DNA from: a virus
IMG/VR virus record: IMGVR_UViG_3300037805_000894
Length of the DNA stretch: 64,000 nucleotides
Direction: 5' to 3' (one strand)
The position numbers and the translations under genes were made by a program. The notes under the pieces were generated by a model that saw nothing but the letters and a program-made list of their open reading frames with translations, was not told where the DNA came from and did not search any database. Shown piece after piece: positions 49,304-59,663 of the stretch (the stretch's first letter is position 1; the number at the start of each line of letters is the position of its first letter).

Positions 49304-50197
49304 TTGCTTATAGAAATCTCTGTACGGTGGCTCACAACGAAAACAGTAGCCTTAGAATGGAAGCTAAAAGGTTCTCTGACAGAAAATTCTTATTTAATAG
49401 TACAAAGATCCGATAGCCCCAAAGAAGGTTTTATAGATATATCAACTCCAGTTAATTTAACTGGAGTTGCTTCTTTTGTAGATATAGCTCCGCCAGGTAG
49501 TAGCGAGCTGAAGGTTTATTACTATCGGCTACAACTAAGAAATATACTAGATGATGAAGTGTTAAACACCTCAGCTATTATGCATCCTAGGCGCGATAGA
49601 CCTAAAATTGCACTAGAAATTGTTAGAAGAAACGATTTACTTTTAAAAAGGTTTGTTGGTTTAAGGGCTTATCTAATGACAAAAAGCACTTCCGGCTCTC
49701 GCTGTCCTTCGTGCTGGGATACTATAAAAGAAAGGCGCACCAAAAGCCATTGCTCTTCTTGCGGAGATACTGGATGGGATAAAGGGCTTTCTACACCTTT
49801 ACCTCTTTTTGTTTCATCTAGCGCCTCTTTAGAATCAAAAACGGTATCCGTTTTAGGTACGGATGAGAATATACAAAGACAATTGTGGACCACTAACTAT
49901 CCACTGATAAAGCCAGGGGATATTTTAGTTCTTGACGCCAAAGAAATTTATAGAGTAGAGACGGTTAACTTAACCAATTTTAGAGAGACGGTAGTTAGTC
50001 AACAATTAGGTGTTTCTTTAATGGAGAAGGACAGAGAATATAATAATATACCTTTGCCTGATTTCGATGAATTCTCTGCTTTAGATTTGATACATAGACA
50101 ATATGGGGGCATAAGCACAGGAGAACATTTTGACTATAAAGATATAGAACATAAGAATAAGAATTTTTCAATTTATAAAGAAGGAACAGAGCAATGA
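49304..50197 (+). CDS. neck/head-closure protein
   Basis: Fn3-like N-terminus, RCPSCWD...CSSCGDTG, PLIKPGDIL; position. Confidence 0.6.
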   Translation: MLIEISVRWLTTKTVALEWKLKGSLTENSYLIVQRSDSPKEGFIDISTPVNLTGVASFVDIAPPGSSELKVYYYRLQLRNILDDEVLNTSAIMHPRRDRPKIALEIVRRNDLLLKRFVGLRAYLMTKSTSGSRCPSCWDTIKERRTKSHCSSCGDTGWDKGLSTPLPLFVSSSASLESKTVSVLGTDENIQRQLWTTNYPLIKPGDILVLDAKEIYRVETVNLTNFRETVVSQQLGVSLMEKDREYNNIPLPDFDEFSALDLIHRQYGGISTGEHFDYKDIEHKNKNFSIYKEGTEQ

Positions 50198-50508
50198 AAA
50201 AAATAAAAATCGTAGATAAAGCTGAACCAGTCTTCAACTCAATAGATTTTGATAACATATTAACACATACTCTATCAGAAGAAGTCAATAAAGAGCTAAG
50301 CAAAACATATGGGGATAGGATTCATATTGAAGTAACAAAGCCGGGCGCTTTTTATATTGACATAGATCAAAAAGGAAGTCGTATAAAAATGGAGAAGCTA
50401 GAACAAGAAGTTTACCAGCTGCTTTTATCTATATATGGGGATGCGTATCAAAAAGCTAAAAGTAAATTAGCTATATTAGAAGGTGTAGGAGTAAGGAACG
50501 TTGAGTGA
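50194..50508 (+). CDS. hypothetical neck-region protein
   Basis: 4-nt overlap; position. Confidence 0.55.
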   Translation: MKKIKIVDKAEPVFNSIDFDNILTHTLSEEVNKELSKTYGDRIHIEVTKPGAFYIDIDQKGSRIKMEKLEQEVYQLLLSIYGDAYQKAKSKLAILEGVGVRNVE

Positions 50509-51070
50509 GCTTGCCCCAAAGCGTCCTATAAATGAGACAAAGGACACTTTATTACTGTGCCTAAAAACTTTTTTCAGCACTCATGATGAGTATAAATGGT
50601 CAGCTAATGCTGCGGAATCAAAAATAGATATAAGTGATGCATTTCCTATAGATAAAGATAATACTGAGCAATATCCTTTAATTGTGTTGCAAAGATTTGA
50701 TTTTGGTTGGCGAAGTAGACATTTAAATCAAACAGCTTATAATAATTTACAGGATAAACATACTGGGTTAGATTTGTTAAATGGTTCTTTTGCCTGCCTT
50801 TGTACATCAACAGTGGGTTTGGAAGCCGAAAGAATAGCCGAGGATGTTTTTCTGTTCTTTACTAGATTTAGATCTATAATATCTAGCAAAGATTTGTTTG
50901 ACATTAAAGATCTTACCATTGGAACTGAGCAAGTAAGAAAAGCTAGTTCAGATACCGATATTGTTACTGTCCCTGTTCGCATTGCGGTAACAGCTGAAGA
51001 TAGTTGGGTTGTACAGGAGAAAGGTTTCTTGTTCGAAGACTTATCAATTCGCTTAAAAACAATAATTTAA
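50501..51070 (+). CDS. tail terminator/completion protein
   Basis: YPLIVLQR; directly upstream of the sheath. Confidence 0.5.
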   Translation: MSELAPKRPINETKDTLLLCLKTFFSTHDEYKWSANAAESKIDISDAFPIDKDNTEQYPLIVLQRFDFGWRSRHLNQTAYNNLQDKHTGLDLLNGSFACLCTSTVGLEAERIAEDVFLFFTRFRSIISSKDLFDIKDLTIGTEQVRKASSDTDIVTVPVRIAVTAEDSWVVQEKGFLFEDLSIRLKTII

Positions 51071-51082
51071 TATAATAATATC

Positions 51083-53443
51083 ATGGCCGGCAGATTAGAT
51101 AAACCAGGTGTAGATGTCTTTCAGATTCTTGAGAATCGGAAGCCAACTGCTTTTCGTCCCGTATTAGTTCCTGTAATAGTAGGGACTCATAAGAATATAC
51201 AATACAATCAACCTTTAGTATACCACTACGCGGGAAACGCTGAGGTAGGGACGATCCCTACAGGTAATTCAGCTATTGTACAGCAAACTTTTGAAAATTC
51301 GTCTGACATATCCGTCTTTATAGATACTGATAGAGGTTTGGTGAAGCTCACCGAAACAGATGATTATGCAGTAGAGTTGGATGGCGCGCTTGGGGTAGAG
51401 AACAAGGTAACTTTGCAAGCAAAACTCCTTTTAACTAAAAAGTTAATTGATGACAGAATTGCTTCCAGCATTACTTTAAATACCTTAAATGGAGTAAACT
51501 ATATTACGATCGAAGATGCGGGGGCTGCTTTCCCTTCATTGGGTGTGATGCCTGGTGATAAGGTGACTATTGATTTTTCGACCTCTTCCCTAAATGACTC
51601 AGCCGATTTCACAGTAGATTTAGTAGTCTCTGTTGTTGATAACCCTTCAGTAATAAAATGTACTTTTACAGACAACAACGCTCTCTGGACAGATGAAATT
51701 AACATAGCATATGATATAGACACCCCAGAGATGCGGGGTGAAGGGACACCGACAACGATCGATACTGGAGCGACCCTAGACGTAACAGTGAGTTACGTTA
51801 TATCGCAAAGTGCGCTGAAGATTGATACTGGCGCTACAACCCTTTTTGCCGAGGGCAGGGACTGGCTAGGAGCTACTTTAGTTTTTGATACTACCTCATA
51901 TTCAATTGAAAATCTTGTGACATACAGTATGGATGATACGATAGTAATTGGACAACGTGTTACAGATACTATAGCTTACGGCCTATTTGAAAACAAAGAA
52001 GCACCTTTTGCCTCTGAGTGGGTTGGAAATGATGTAGTTAGTTTATCTAGTTATACTTATGGCACGTATCAAGGTGTGGCGGGTCAAGTGTACACTTCAT
52101 ATAACGAAGCCACTGTTATAAACGATGTAAATAAAGTCGTTGAAATTAATGGTGTTCAAGATATTAAAGATAACTTTGGTACTTTAGAGCCTGAGAATCC
52201 TCTTGGCTACCATGCCCTTATGGGGGCTATTGCCACAGATAGAACCTTCTTTGCTGTAAGAGCTGCCTCAGATGATGTAGAAGGTTTTGAAGTCGCTCTG
52301 GATAGTTTAAAGCTGCAAGAAGATGCTTACTTTATTGTACCTGCTTCGCAAGATGATAACGTAATCTCCTTATGTCAAACACACGTAGATTTTATGAGTG
52401 ACCCTTATCAAAAAGGAGAACGTGTTGCCTTAGTGAGCAAAACTATCCCTGAGTATGATATCATAGAATCTCCTGTAACGAACGGGGCTATAACAGTACC
52501 AAACCCAGCAGATGCCACTACAACCGTCACTTACGGAGAGAATTTAGAGGACGCTCGTCCTGGACATATTTTAAGAGTGGAAGATAATCAAATACAGCTT
52601 CTAGACGGAACTTATATTGATAATTTAAAAAATAAGCTAGTTATCTTAGACGTAATAGGCGCTACTAGTCTTAAAGTAGCTGGCCAAATTGCAAAAATCG
52701 ACGGCGCAGCTGTTGATGGTAGTGAGGCTATGACTTGGGCTGTTACTACGCCAACGTATCAAAAAGGCGAGAAAGCTAGAATAGCAGCTGAAAAAGCAGC
52801 TTCTTTCGACAATAAGCGAGTTGTTAATATCTACCCCGATATAGTAGAGGCTTCAGTTACGCGTACTGTACAAGAAGCTCCTCACTATGCCGCAGTGGAA
52901 GAATCAGGGTTGGAAGATGTAAACGCTTCTGTAGCTGCCTTCTGTGTAGCTTGTCACGCCTCAGCTCTTCAACCTGTACAACCACAAACAAATATCACGG
53001 TTCCAGGTATAGCAAGCGCAGTGGGAAGTAACGATGAATTATCAGCTGATAATCTCGATGTTATAAGTGGCGGTGGCAATTGGATTTTGATGAACAAGGC
53101 GGGCAGCGTTAGCACTCGGCATCAATTAACTACGGCAGTTAGCGATGTGACTTTGAGGGAATTTTCTGTTGTGAAATCTATTGATTATGCAGCAAAAGTT
53201 TTCCGTAATTATCTAAACCCTCTAGTAGGTAAATCGATCATTACTGATTCCTTTATCAAGAAAGTTGTCTGGCCTACCGCTAGTGCTGCTTTACATGCGC
53301 TTACAGATGGCGGACAATTATCTGCAAAATCCTCCGTGATGAGTATTTATCAAAATGAGGACGATCCAACAAGAATTACGCTAGAGATAGATGTGGTTCC
53401 TCTCTATCCAGCTAACTATTTCTCAGTGAAGCTGTTCATCTAA
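51083..53443 (+). CDS. contractile tail sheath protein
   Basis: PGVDVFQ N-terminus; RHQLTT...REFSVVKSIDY; DPTRI...VPLYPANY. Confidence 0.88.
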   Translation: MAGRLDKPGVDVFQILENRKPTAFRPVLVPVIVGTHKNIQYNQPLVYHYAGNAEVGTIPTGNSAIVQQTFENSSDISVFIDTDRGLVKLTETDDYAVELDGALGVENKVTLQAKLLLTKKLIDDRIASSITLNTLNGVNYITIEDAGAAFPSLGVMPGDKVTIDFSTSSLNDSADFTVDLVVSVVDNPSVIKCTFTDNNALWTDEINIAYDIDTPEMRGEGTPTTIDTGATLDVTVSYVISQSALKIDTGATTLFAEGRDWLGATLVFDTTSYSIENLVTYSMDDTIVIGQRVTDTIAYGLFENKEAPFASEWVGNDVVSLSSYTYGTYQGVAGQVYTSYNEATVINDVNKVVEINGVQDIKDNFGTLEPENPLGYHALMGAIATDRTFFAVRAASDDVEGFEVALDSLKLQEDAYFIVPASQDDNVISLCQTHVDFMSDPYQKGERVALVSKTIPEYDIIESPVTNGAITVPNPADATTTVTYGENLEDARPGHILRVEDNQIQLLDGTYIDNLKNKLVILDVIGATSLKVAGQIAKIDGAAVDGSEAMTWAVTTPTYQKGEKARIAAEKAASFDNKRVVNIYPDIVEASVTRTVQEAPHYAAVEESGLEDVNASVAAFCVACHASALQPVQPQTNITVPGIASAVGSNDELSADNLDVISGGGNWILMNKAGSVSTRHQLTTAVSDVTLREFSVVKSIDYAAKVFRNYLNPLVGKSIITDSFIKKVVWPTASAALHALTDGGQLSAKSSVMSIYQNEDDPTRITLEIDVVPLYPANYFSVKLFI

Positions 53444-53453
53444 GGAAAAATTT

Positions 53454-54209
53454 ATGACAACATTCGATTTCGAAAACAATCAAGTTCAAAAAGAACTCAC
53501 AGGCGCTAGCTTTATAAAAAGTGAAAGTACTCTCATAGCTGCAGGCCCCCCTTTCTTGGACGATTTTGGTGCATACAATGTGGCATCTGGTTTAGCTGGC
53601 ACTTCTGATTCAGGGCTTGAAACCACAGATTATGACCCAAAGAAGTTTGGTTCTGCAAGCATAAGTGGCATACCTGTTTTTCCTATGGGTGTAATTGAGA
53701 ATGCTAATATATCCCAAACAAAATCTTTAAGACGCTTTGCCGAGATAGGAAGTAAGCGTTTTCATTTTATTACTGGGCATACAATGTCTCAAATGAGTAT
53801 TGCTCGTGTTCTTTTCCACGGCCCCTCTTTGCTGAGAGTCTTATACGCTTATATGGGATCTAAAGCTTTTGAAGGCATTGGCGGAGGCACGATTACAGAA
53901 CTCTTGAGTGGCGCAGATAAATTTGGGCAGAATGATATAGAGATTCTTTCCTCTCCAGGCTATAAAGATTTTTTTATTAACCTTGACTCTAGCCTATTCG
54001 ATATTCCATTTGGTTTAATGTTCTATATGGAAGATTCAAAGAAAACCCCTTATGGCGCTTTCTATTGCACTGAGTGTTACATTAATGCACACCAGTTTAA
54101 TATTGGCGCTTCTTCAGATGTTATTGGAGAAGCAGTAACAATCCAGTTTGACAGAGCTCTTCCAATAGGGATTGGAGACACTGGGCAAACGACAAATCCA
54201 CAAGGTTAA
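53454..54209 (+). CDS. tail tube protein
   Basis: follows the sheath; EIGS, EAVTIQFDR. Confidence 0.7.
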   Translation: MTTFDFENNQVQKELTGASFIKSESTLIAAGPPFLDDFGAYNVASGLAGTSDSGLETTDYDPKKFGSASISGIPVFPMGVIENANISQTKSLRRFAEIGSKRFHFITGHTMSQMSIARVLFHGPSLLRVLYAYMGSKAFEGIGGGTITELLSGADKFGQNDIEILSSPGYKDFFINLDSSLFDIPFGLMFYMEDSKKTPYGAFYCTECYINAHQFNIGASSDVIGEAVTIQFDRALPIGIGDTGQTTNPQG

Positions 54210-54223
54210 ATTTTACTTATAAT

Positions 54224-54733
54224 TTAAAGTCGAGCAATTTTAAGTTGTTCGACTTTATCTTTTTTCATTTTATTTATAGCTATAAGCTCTGCTTGATTAA
54301 TAGTTGCCTCCATCCTTACCTGTAACCCTGTGACAATAAAATTAGCAAAGCGGTGAGGTTGTGTATTACTGGATAAAGAAAGTACGAATATAACATGCCC
54401 AGGAAACCATTTATCCAAATAATAGCTTTTTGCATCTTTTTCTATTAAGCTTTTAGTGTATGCTTCAGTGTCTATGATAAAATCAAAAAGAGGTTCTCTA
54501 GCTGGGGTAGCTCTTTTTAATCTTATACACAAAGACATGAATTCACCATAGTCGCAATAATTACAAAAAAAGTCATCCGTTTCAATTGATGACGTGTATA
54601 TATTAGGTGTAATATTTAAGTCCGGCTCTATACCCAGATCTAGTAAGTTAAACCCCGATGGGATCTCGTTCTCGTTCATATGATGCATTAGCGCTTTGAC
54701 CAGTTTCAACCTGGAGCATAAAGTTCTGTGCAT
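54224..54733 (-). CDS. hypothetical protein (last gene of the Ubl cassette)
   Basis: overlaps ThiF 3' end; start uncertain. Confidence 0.55.
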   Translation of the reverse strand: MHRTLCSRLKLVKALMHHMNENEIPSGFNLLDLGIEPDLNITPNIYTSSIETDDFFCNYCDYGEFMSLCIRLKRATPAREPLFDFIIDTEAYTKSLIEKDAKSYYLDKWFPGHVIFVLSLSSNTQPHRFANFIVTGLQVRMEATINQAELIAINKMKKDKVEQLKIARL

Positions 54734-55361
54734 CTAGTACAACATTGAAAGGGTTCACGTTACCTACCAAGACATTTCGAACAGAGCTACAGACTAAACC
54801 AGCTGTGAGCAATATTGTATACGAAATAGCCTGTGCGGCACAAGAAGTTTTATGAGGTTTTACCTCTAAACTCTCTGCGTAAGAAGCTAAGCGGAAATCA
54901 CTTGTGACATCTACGTTGTACAGAGAGATCACATTACCGCCCATACGCGCATCAATGAGGTAACCAGCATTCACCATGAAACCGGACGTGAAGAGCTCCT
55001 TACGAGCTGCTAACGAGTCTGTAGCGAATATCACAAGACTATTCTTAGGTAAGATAGTTTGTGGAGTGGCTTTCTCTTTATTGATACTAATCTCAATCCC
55101 TTCAGGACTGAATTGCTTAGCTATGCGATAAGCCGCTTCGACTTTACTTTCACCAATATCTGTATTCATGTAGAATTGGTTAGGTATATTATGAGGCTCT
55201 ACATAGTCGTGATCAAACACTGTAATATCTGAAATGCCCATTTTTGCGAGGCCCATTAGTACGCCAGAGCCAATCCCTCCTACCCCTATAAGAACGACTG
55301 GTGTGTCCTTATAGAGAAAGGGGTTGAATAAGGCAGCTTGTCTTTTAAAGTCTCCTCTCAT
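54648..55361 (-). CDS. ThiF/E1-like activating enzyme
   Basis: IGVGGIGS, DHDYVEPHNIPNQ, KVEA, ATDS..AR, IDARMG, candidate catalytic Cys KTSCAAQ. Confidence 0.92.
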   Translation of the reverse strand: MRGDFKRQAALFNPFLYKDTPVVLIGVGGIGSGVLMGLAKMGISDITVFDHDYVEPHNIPNQFYMNTDIGESKVEAAYRIAKQFSPEGIEISINKEKATPQTILPKNSLVIFATDSLAARKELFTSGFMVNAGYLIDARMGGNVISLYNVDVTSDFRLASYAESLEVKPHKTSCAAQAISYTILLTAGLVCSSVRNVLVGNVNPFNVVLDAQNFMLQVETGQSANASYERERDPIGV

Positions 55362-56443
55362 GGTTTTACGCAGTATGTACTGCCAGCGTTAAGGTTGTAG
55401 CGATTCTTCATTAAGTTTAATATGTTTACAGCTGTGTCACTTTTCAACACCTTTGCTGGATCATGGGAGTTTACAGCAGCCGTAGAGCCGAACATCTTTA
55501 CTACACTAACAAGTTCCCAGATAATGGTAGGCTTAAGTTTTTCAAGAGTTGATACCTTAAGAAGTGCAGTAAACAAGTTCATAAGCTCTTTATGCCTATC
55601 TTTTAGTTCATTATTTTCATAATTTAGTGCGAAGATTAGAAATGCTATGTCTTTAATAGCTTTAGGTTTGCTATGCGCTGTCAGAAGTATCCGACACATA
55701 TCTTTCAATTCTGGATGAGCTTTTATTACAAGGTTGGGCAGTCCATAAGCCTTTACAGTGCCTATTGCTCCCTTAGTAGACGTGCTTCCATAATAAGAAC
55801 CTTGGCCTCCATAATAAGAAGAACCTACCCCTCCAAAATAGGGAGTCCCAGTTTTTTGATATGAAACCTTCTTTGTTTGCACTTTCTCATCAACATCTTT
55901 TTGAAGGTCCTCGAAAGACGCTTTGTAGTCTATCTTAACTACAACATTATCAATTGTCATCCTATAGGGCTTAAAGAAATCTACCCTACCTAAAATATCA
56001 TTTCCTCGATTAAGCACTAAACTCACTAAGTAATGACTATTAGCTAATCCATTAATACCACCCTCATCCGTGGAAGACCAGAAGGTTTTCATAGTATGGT
56101 GTGAGTGGCAGAAAGCCCTCATCTTAGGCATGATATCCATTAAGGCTTCTTCCTTCCCATGCTTTTCAATAAGCTCTGGCAATAAATTAGAAACCATTTC
56201 TGCATCAGCCTCGACTGATGAGGCGGTCACTTCTTGCTCCGGAACGTATATTTCCGTGATATTGAAGACATTACCTGTCTTCTCTACTGTGCCAAACCAC
56301 GCCACCTCAGCGTCTACGTTATCAACAAGGAACCGCATGCGTTGGTATACATATGCACTTAATACAATGGAGAGTTCAGCTCCTTTTCCAGAGAACCTCA
56401 TTGAGGTCTCTTTCTCCGCTTCTTTTGTTAGTTCTTTTGTCAT
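55358..56443 (-). CDS. JAB/MPN+ metalloprotease
   Basis: AEVAWFG Glu; PEQEVT; HSHHTMKTFWSSTD. Confidence 0.88.
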   Translation of the reverse strand: MTKELTKEAEKETSMRFSGKGAELSIVLSAYVYQRMRFLVDNVDAEVAWFGTVEKTGNVFNITEIYVPEQEVTASSVEADAEMVSNLLPELIEKHGKEEALMDIMPKMRAFCHSHHTMKTFWSSTDEGGINGLANSHYLVSLVLNRGNDILGRVDFFKPYRMTIDNVVVKIDYKASFEDLQKDVDEKVQTKKVSYQKTGTPYFGGVGSSYYGGQGSYYGSTSTKGAIGTVKAYGLPNLVIKAHPELKDMCRILLTAHSKPKAIKDIAFLIFALNYENNELKDRHKELMNLFTALLKVSTLEKLKPTIIWELVSVVKMFGSTAAVNSHDPAKVLKSDTAVNILNLMKNRYNLNAGSTYCVKP

Positions 56444-56454
56444 TTTGTTCCTGT

Positions 56455-56492
56455 AAAAAGAAAGAGAGAGATATATTAATATCTCTCTCTTA
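56455..56492. terminator. palindromic terminator between Ubl and JAB
   Basis: AAGAGAGAGATAT/ATATCTCTCTCTT with T tract on the minus strand. Confidence 0.6.
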
Positions 56493-56503
56493 CATTAAAT
56501 GGA

Positions 56504-56713
56504 TTATAGGCCAGCTTCTACGTTAGGAATAAGCTGAACCTGATCCCCAGGCTGCATCACATAGTCGTTATCTACACGACTATTGTTTACCTTTACGGTA
56601 ACGCTCTTACTTACATTCCGAGTGCTAATTAAAGCACCTAGAGTTAATTGCTCTTGAAAGGGGACAGTATCAGTGCCCTCTCCCATTTCAACTACGAAAA
56701 TTGGGTCAGTCAT
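56504..56713 (-). CDS. ubiquitin-like (ThiS/MoaD beta-grasp) protein
   Basis: 69 aa; VKVNN...MQPGDQVQLIPNVEAG-L. Confidence 0.85.
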   Translation of the reverse strand: MTDPIFVVEMGEGTDTVPFQEQLTLGALISTRNVSKSVTVKVNNSRVDNDYVMQPGDQVQLIPNVEAGL

Positions 56714-56717
56714 TTTT

Positions 56718-58403
56718 TTATGGGTTTTCCCCTAGAATCGGGGTGGTTACTAGTAGATCTACCAGAGTTCTAGTTTCAGGGAGAATTTCTTTTTCATCTT
56801 CAACCTCTTCTGGTTCTACTATCTTATACCCTAGATCGGCGCAAGTTTTAGCTAAGTCTATAGCTATTTTTTCCTCGCCACTTACTAGTAAGTCCTTATG
56901 TATTTTCTCCATATCAAGATTGCTTCCTCTTTCCAATAGACACTCCAAAAACGCTTTATTGGAAAGGCCTATTTTTGTATTTCCACTTATATATGCTATA
57001 AAATTCTTCTCGCTAATGTTTGTACTGAAGAGTAAAAGATTTGCAATATTTATAAAGACAGAAAAAGGGTTTATATTCTCTAGTAACATACCTACCAAAG
57101 CAGGCACAGAGTGGAAGTTGCCCCTTAAAATTTCTTTCTTAATTAAAGCTTCATACTCACCTAAACAGAGTATCCCGGTGGTTGCTACATGCGGATGCAA
57201 ATACATCTCGGAGTCAAAGCTATTTATGGTTACACTGCCTTTTTCAAGATAAGCAGCAATTACACTATCCTTATGGGAAGGCTGTGGGGACAAGCGTAAA
57301 GAGATTTGTAAGTCTTCTGCGTCGCTCGCCTGCAAGCGGACATGCAAGAGAAAATCTCCTACAAGAATACCATTATCATATGTCACCGTATTGTTAGAGT
57401 AAATATGTATATCCGGCATACTGAAAAGTAATGTAATTGACATATTTCCAGTTTTTACTGTGTTAATAAAATCAAGTAATTCTTGCTTAGGCCCATTAAA
57501 CCCACATGCTAGAGTAGGAGCAGTAATAGTGACCGGTGAATAGAGACAGTGCTTAGAAGTAGTGGGAGTATTAATAACCCCTATTTGGTTACGTCTGATT
57601 ATAATATCCTCTAAAGGATATTGTAGGGTATTAAGTCTCTCTACCTTAGCGCGAGTACTTAAGCGCTCAAGTAACCTCTCCATCAGAGAAGAGGAGTTAT
57701 CAGAAAGAAGCTTAAGCATATGAGGGAGAGTATAGTGAGTAGGCGCTGGCTGCATAGTAGAGACGTTTTCCATTATGTCTTCTATTTTAGCAGAGAAATC
57801 GCCTCCTTTCCTACACGCATCTTGAAGATGTTTCTCTAACGGTACATCTTCTAGACTCGCAATTTCGTCTTCTTCTATCTTGAAATAGAATTTATCCCCC
57901 ACTCGATGCAAGAAGTCTAGAATATTAAATGCATGTCCCTCACGCGCTCCAAACTGGAAGGAGGGCTGAAATCGAAAGGAGGCGCCGCTTGGACTTATCT
58001 TATATATAATACGAAGTAAGCTACAATTTCTTCGTATATAGTATGAGTAAGGATTTATTATTAAGTAATTATGTCCCTGTAGAGAGTTTATTGACGCTTG
58101 CTGACACCATGCTGTAAAAGCTGAATGAGAAAAATGGAAGGAGTCGCCTTCTATCAGCTCTGTTTTATTTATGTGGCTCAAATAAAAAGGTCTGTCTTTA
58201 TTCTCTAAGCTAACTGACACAGGTGTGTCAATATTCCTAGCAAGGCTTATGCGCTTAGTGGTAAGTTGTCCTGCTCTAGACATAAACTCAATACCTGCAG
58301 CTCTAGAGAGTAAGGTAGTAAGAGCATTTAAGTCTACGTTGTGCTTATCTATAAAGAGCCTGCTTTTATCGAGGAGCTCACTGGAAGGTTTTTTTCTCAT
58401 CAT
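56718..58403 (-). CDS. protein with prokaryotic E2-like domain
   Basis: GDFLLHV...LHPHVATTGILCLGEY...LLENINP. Confidence 0.7.
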   Translation of the reverse strand: MMRKKPSSELLDKSRLFIDKHNVDLNALTTLLSRAAGIEFMSRAGQLTTKRISLARNIDTPVSVSLENKDRPFYLSHINKTELIEGDSFHFSHSAFTAWCQQASINSLQGHNYLIINPYSYYIRRNCSLLRIIYKISPSGASFRFQPSFQFGAREGHAFNILDFLHRVGDKFYFKIEEDEIASLEDVPLEKHLQDACRKGGDFSAKIEDIMENVSTMQPAPTHYTLPHMLKLLSDNSSSLMERLLERLSTRAKVERLNTLQYPLEDIIIRRNQIGVINTPTTSKHCLYSPVTITAPTLACGFNGPKQELLDFINTVKTGNMSITLLFSMPDIHIYSNNTVTYDNGILVGDFLLHVRLQASDAEDLQISLRLSPQPSHKDSVIAAYLEKGSVTINSFDSEMYLHPHVATTGILCLGEYEALIKKEILRGNFHSVPALVGMLLENINPFSVFINIANLLLFSTNISEKNFIAYISGNTKIGLSNKAFLECLLERGSNLDMEKIHKDLLVSGEEKIAIDLAKTCADLGYKIVEPEEVEDEKEILPETRTLVDLLVTTPILGENP

Positions 58404-59260
58404 TTTAATTTCATTCCTAATTCTAGTTCACACTGAGTAACGTATTGACAACTATTACCACATTGCCATGTGTTAAAGTTATGGTTAAACAGTGAAGGGT
58501 CTTTTATGGCCATTGTTAAGTATTTAACAGCCCAGTCTAATTTACGAGCCATGAATTTATGCTGATCATCAGTGATGAAATCAGTAAACTGAGCTATCTC
58601 TGGGTCATCTCTTTTTTTCAAGAGACATACATCATATCGTGTTTCTCGGATTTCTTGTCCTTGCAGACTCATCATGTAAGAATAAACTACAAGTTGCCAA
58701 AGTTTCTCTGTACCACTCCAACGCCTCCATGTAGTTTTATTATCTACAATAACTTGACTGCCGTCTTTATTTTCCAGTAGGTCAATGTAACCTTTAAACT
58801 TAAGCCCAGGTGTAAACTCATGATATATTTCAATCTGGGTTCCTTCTGGTTCGACTTTAGTTAATATTTTATCTCTGAATATTTTTAAGCCTTTAGTGCA
58901 GGCAGTTAAGACCTTTCCTTGTTGCGCTTTAATGTCTTGCCCAGGAATCCAAGAGGCCTCATCCTTGCGATGTTCGAACTCTTCCTTTACATGATCTTGT
59001 AATACATCTAAAGGTTCATCTTTTCCAGTTGCTTTTTTCTGGTCATAATGGAAGTTAAGCGTTTCATCAAAAGCTGAACCTGTAATCATCTTCCAGTTGG
59101 GTGAAGACTTAATGCCTTTAATATAGCGATAGTAAAAAGCTTTGGGACACCTTTCTAATAAGCCAATAGAGGAATAAGAGAGATGCTCTATAGGAAAAGA
59201 AACGCCCTTCTCCGAAGAAAAGGGCGTCTCGTTATTAGCGGACTGATCGTTAAATTTCAT
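58400..59260 (-). CDS. PD-(D/E)xK RecB/Cas4-like exonuclease
   Basis: HLSYSS...CP..FYYRY, GYIDL, IVDNKT, QLVVYS, C-terminal Cys triad. Confidence 0.88.
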   Translation of the reverse strand: MKFNDQSANNETPFSSEKGVSFPIEHLSYSSIGLLERCPKAFYYRYIKGIKSSPNWKMITGSAFDETLNFHYDQKKATGKDEPLDVLQDHVKEEFEHRKDEASWIPGQDIKAQQGKVLTACTKGLKIFRDKILTKVEPEGTQIEIYHEFTPGLKFKGYIDLLENKDGSQVIVDNKTTWRRWSGTEKLWQLVVYSYMMSLQGQEIRETRYDVCLLKKRDDPEIAQFTDFITDDQHKFMARKLDWAVKYLTMAIKDPSLFNHNFNTWQCGNSCQYVTQCELELGMKLK

Positions 59261-59661
59261 TAGAAAGGTACATCATTCGCTGCCGTAGCCATAGGAGGCT
59301 CGTCGTTGGTCTCTAGCACCAAACTTCCCGCAGCGTGCGTTTCCACATTAGTGTAAGTTTTACCATTATTGGTATTGACTTTTTTCGTTACTTTCAGATC
59401 CAGCTTTTTGCCAATAGCATCATCTGTATCAAAGTCTCCAACGAGGCCGAGCGCATCGCCGAAGATACGGATTTTCCAGCCTGTTTTATCAGTATTCCAG
59501 AACTGGGTTACAGTACCTATTGTAGTACTAAATGTAACTTTAATTTCGTAGATACCTTCTGAGTTCATCTCACCTGTACAGGCTTTGACGCTTGCGGAGA
59601 AATCTCCTTGTGGGTGATTATTACCACCACTATTTTGTAATTCTGAGCTTGGGATTTTCAT
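59260..59661 (-). CDS. putative single-stranded DNA-binding protein
   Basis: OB-like, ends ANDVPF; replication context. Confidence 0.7.
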   Translation of the reverse strand: MKIPSSELQNSGGNNHPQGDFSASVKACTGEMNSEGIYEIKVTFSTTIGTVTQFWNTDKTGWKIRIFGDALGLVGDFDTDDAIGKKLDLKVTKKVNTNNGKTYTNVETHAAGSLVLETNDEPPMATAANDVPF

Positions 59662-59663
59662 TT

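Noticed and set aside
54648-56713. ThiF/ThiS as thiamine or molybdopterin biosynthesis
   Set aside because: No thiG/moaE or sulfurtransferase nearby; linkage to JAB and E2-like genes favours protein conjugation.
58400-59260. Cas4 as evidence for CRISPR-Cas
   Set aside because: Stand-alone exonuclease in a replication operon next to SSB and primase; common in phages.
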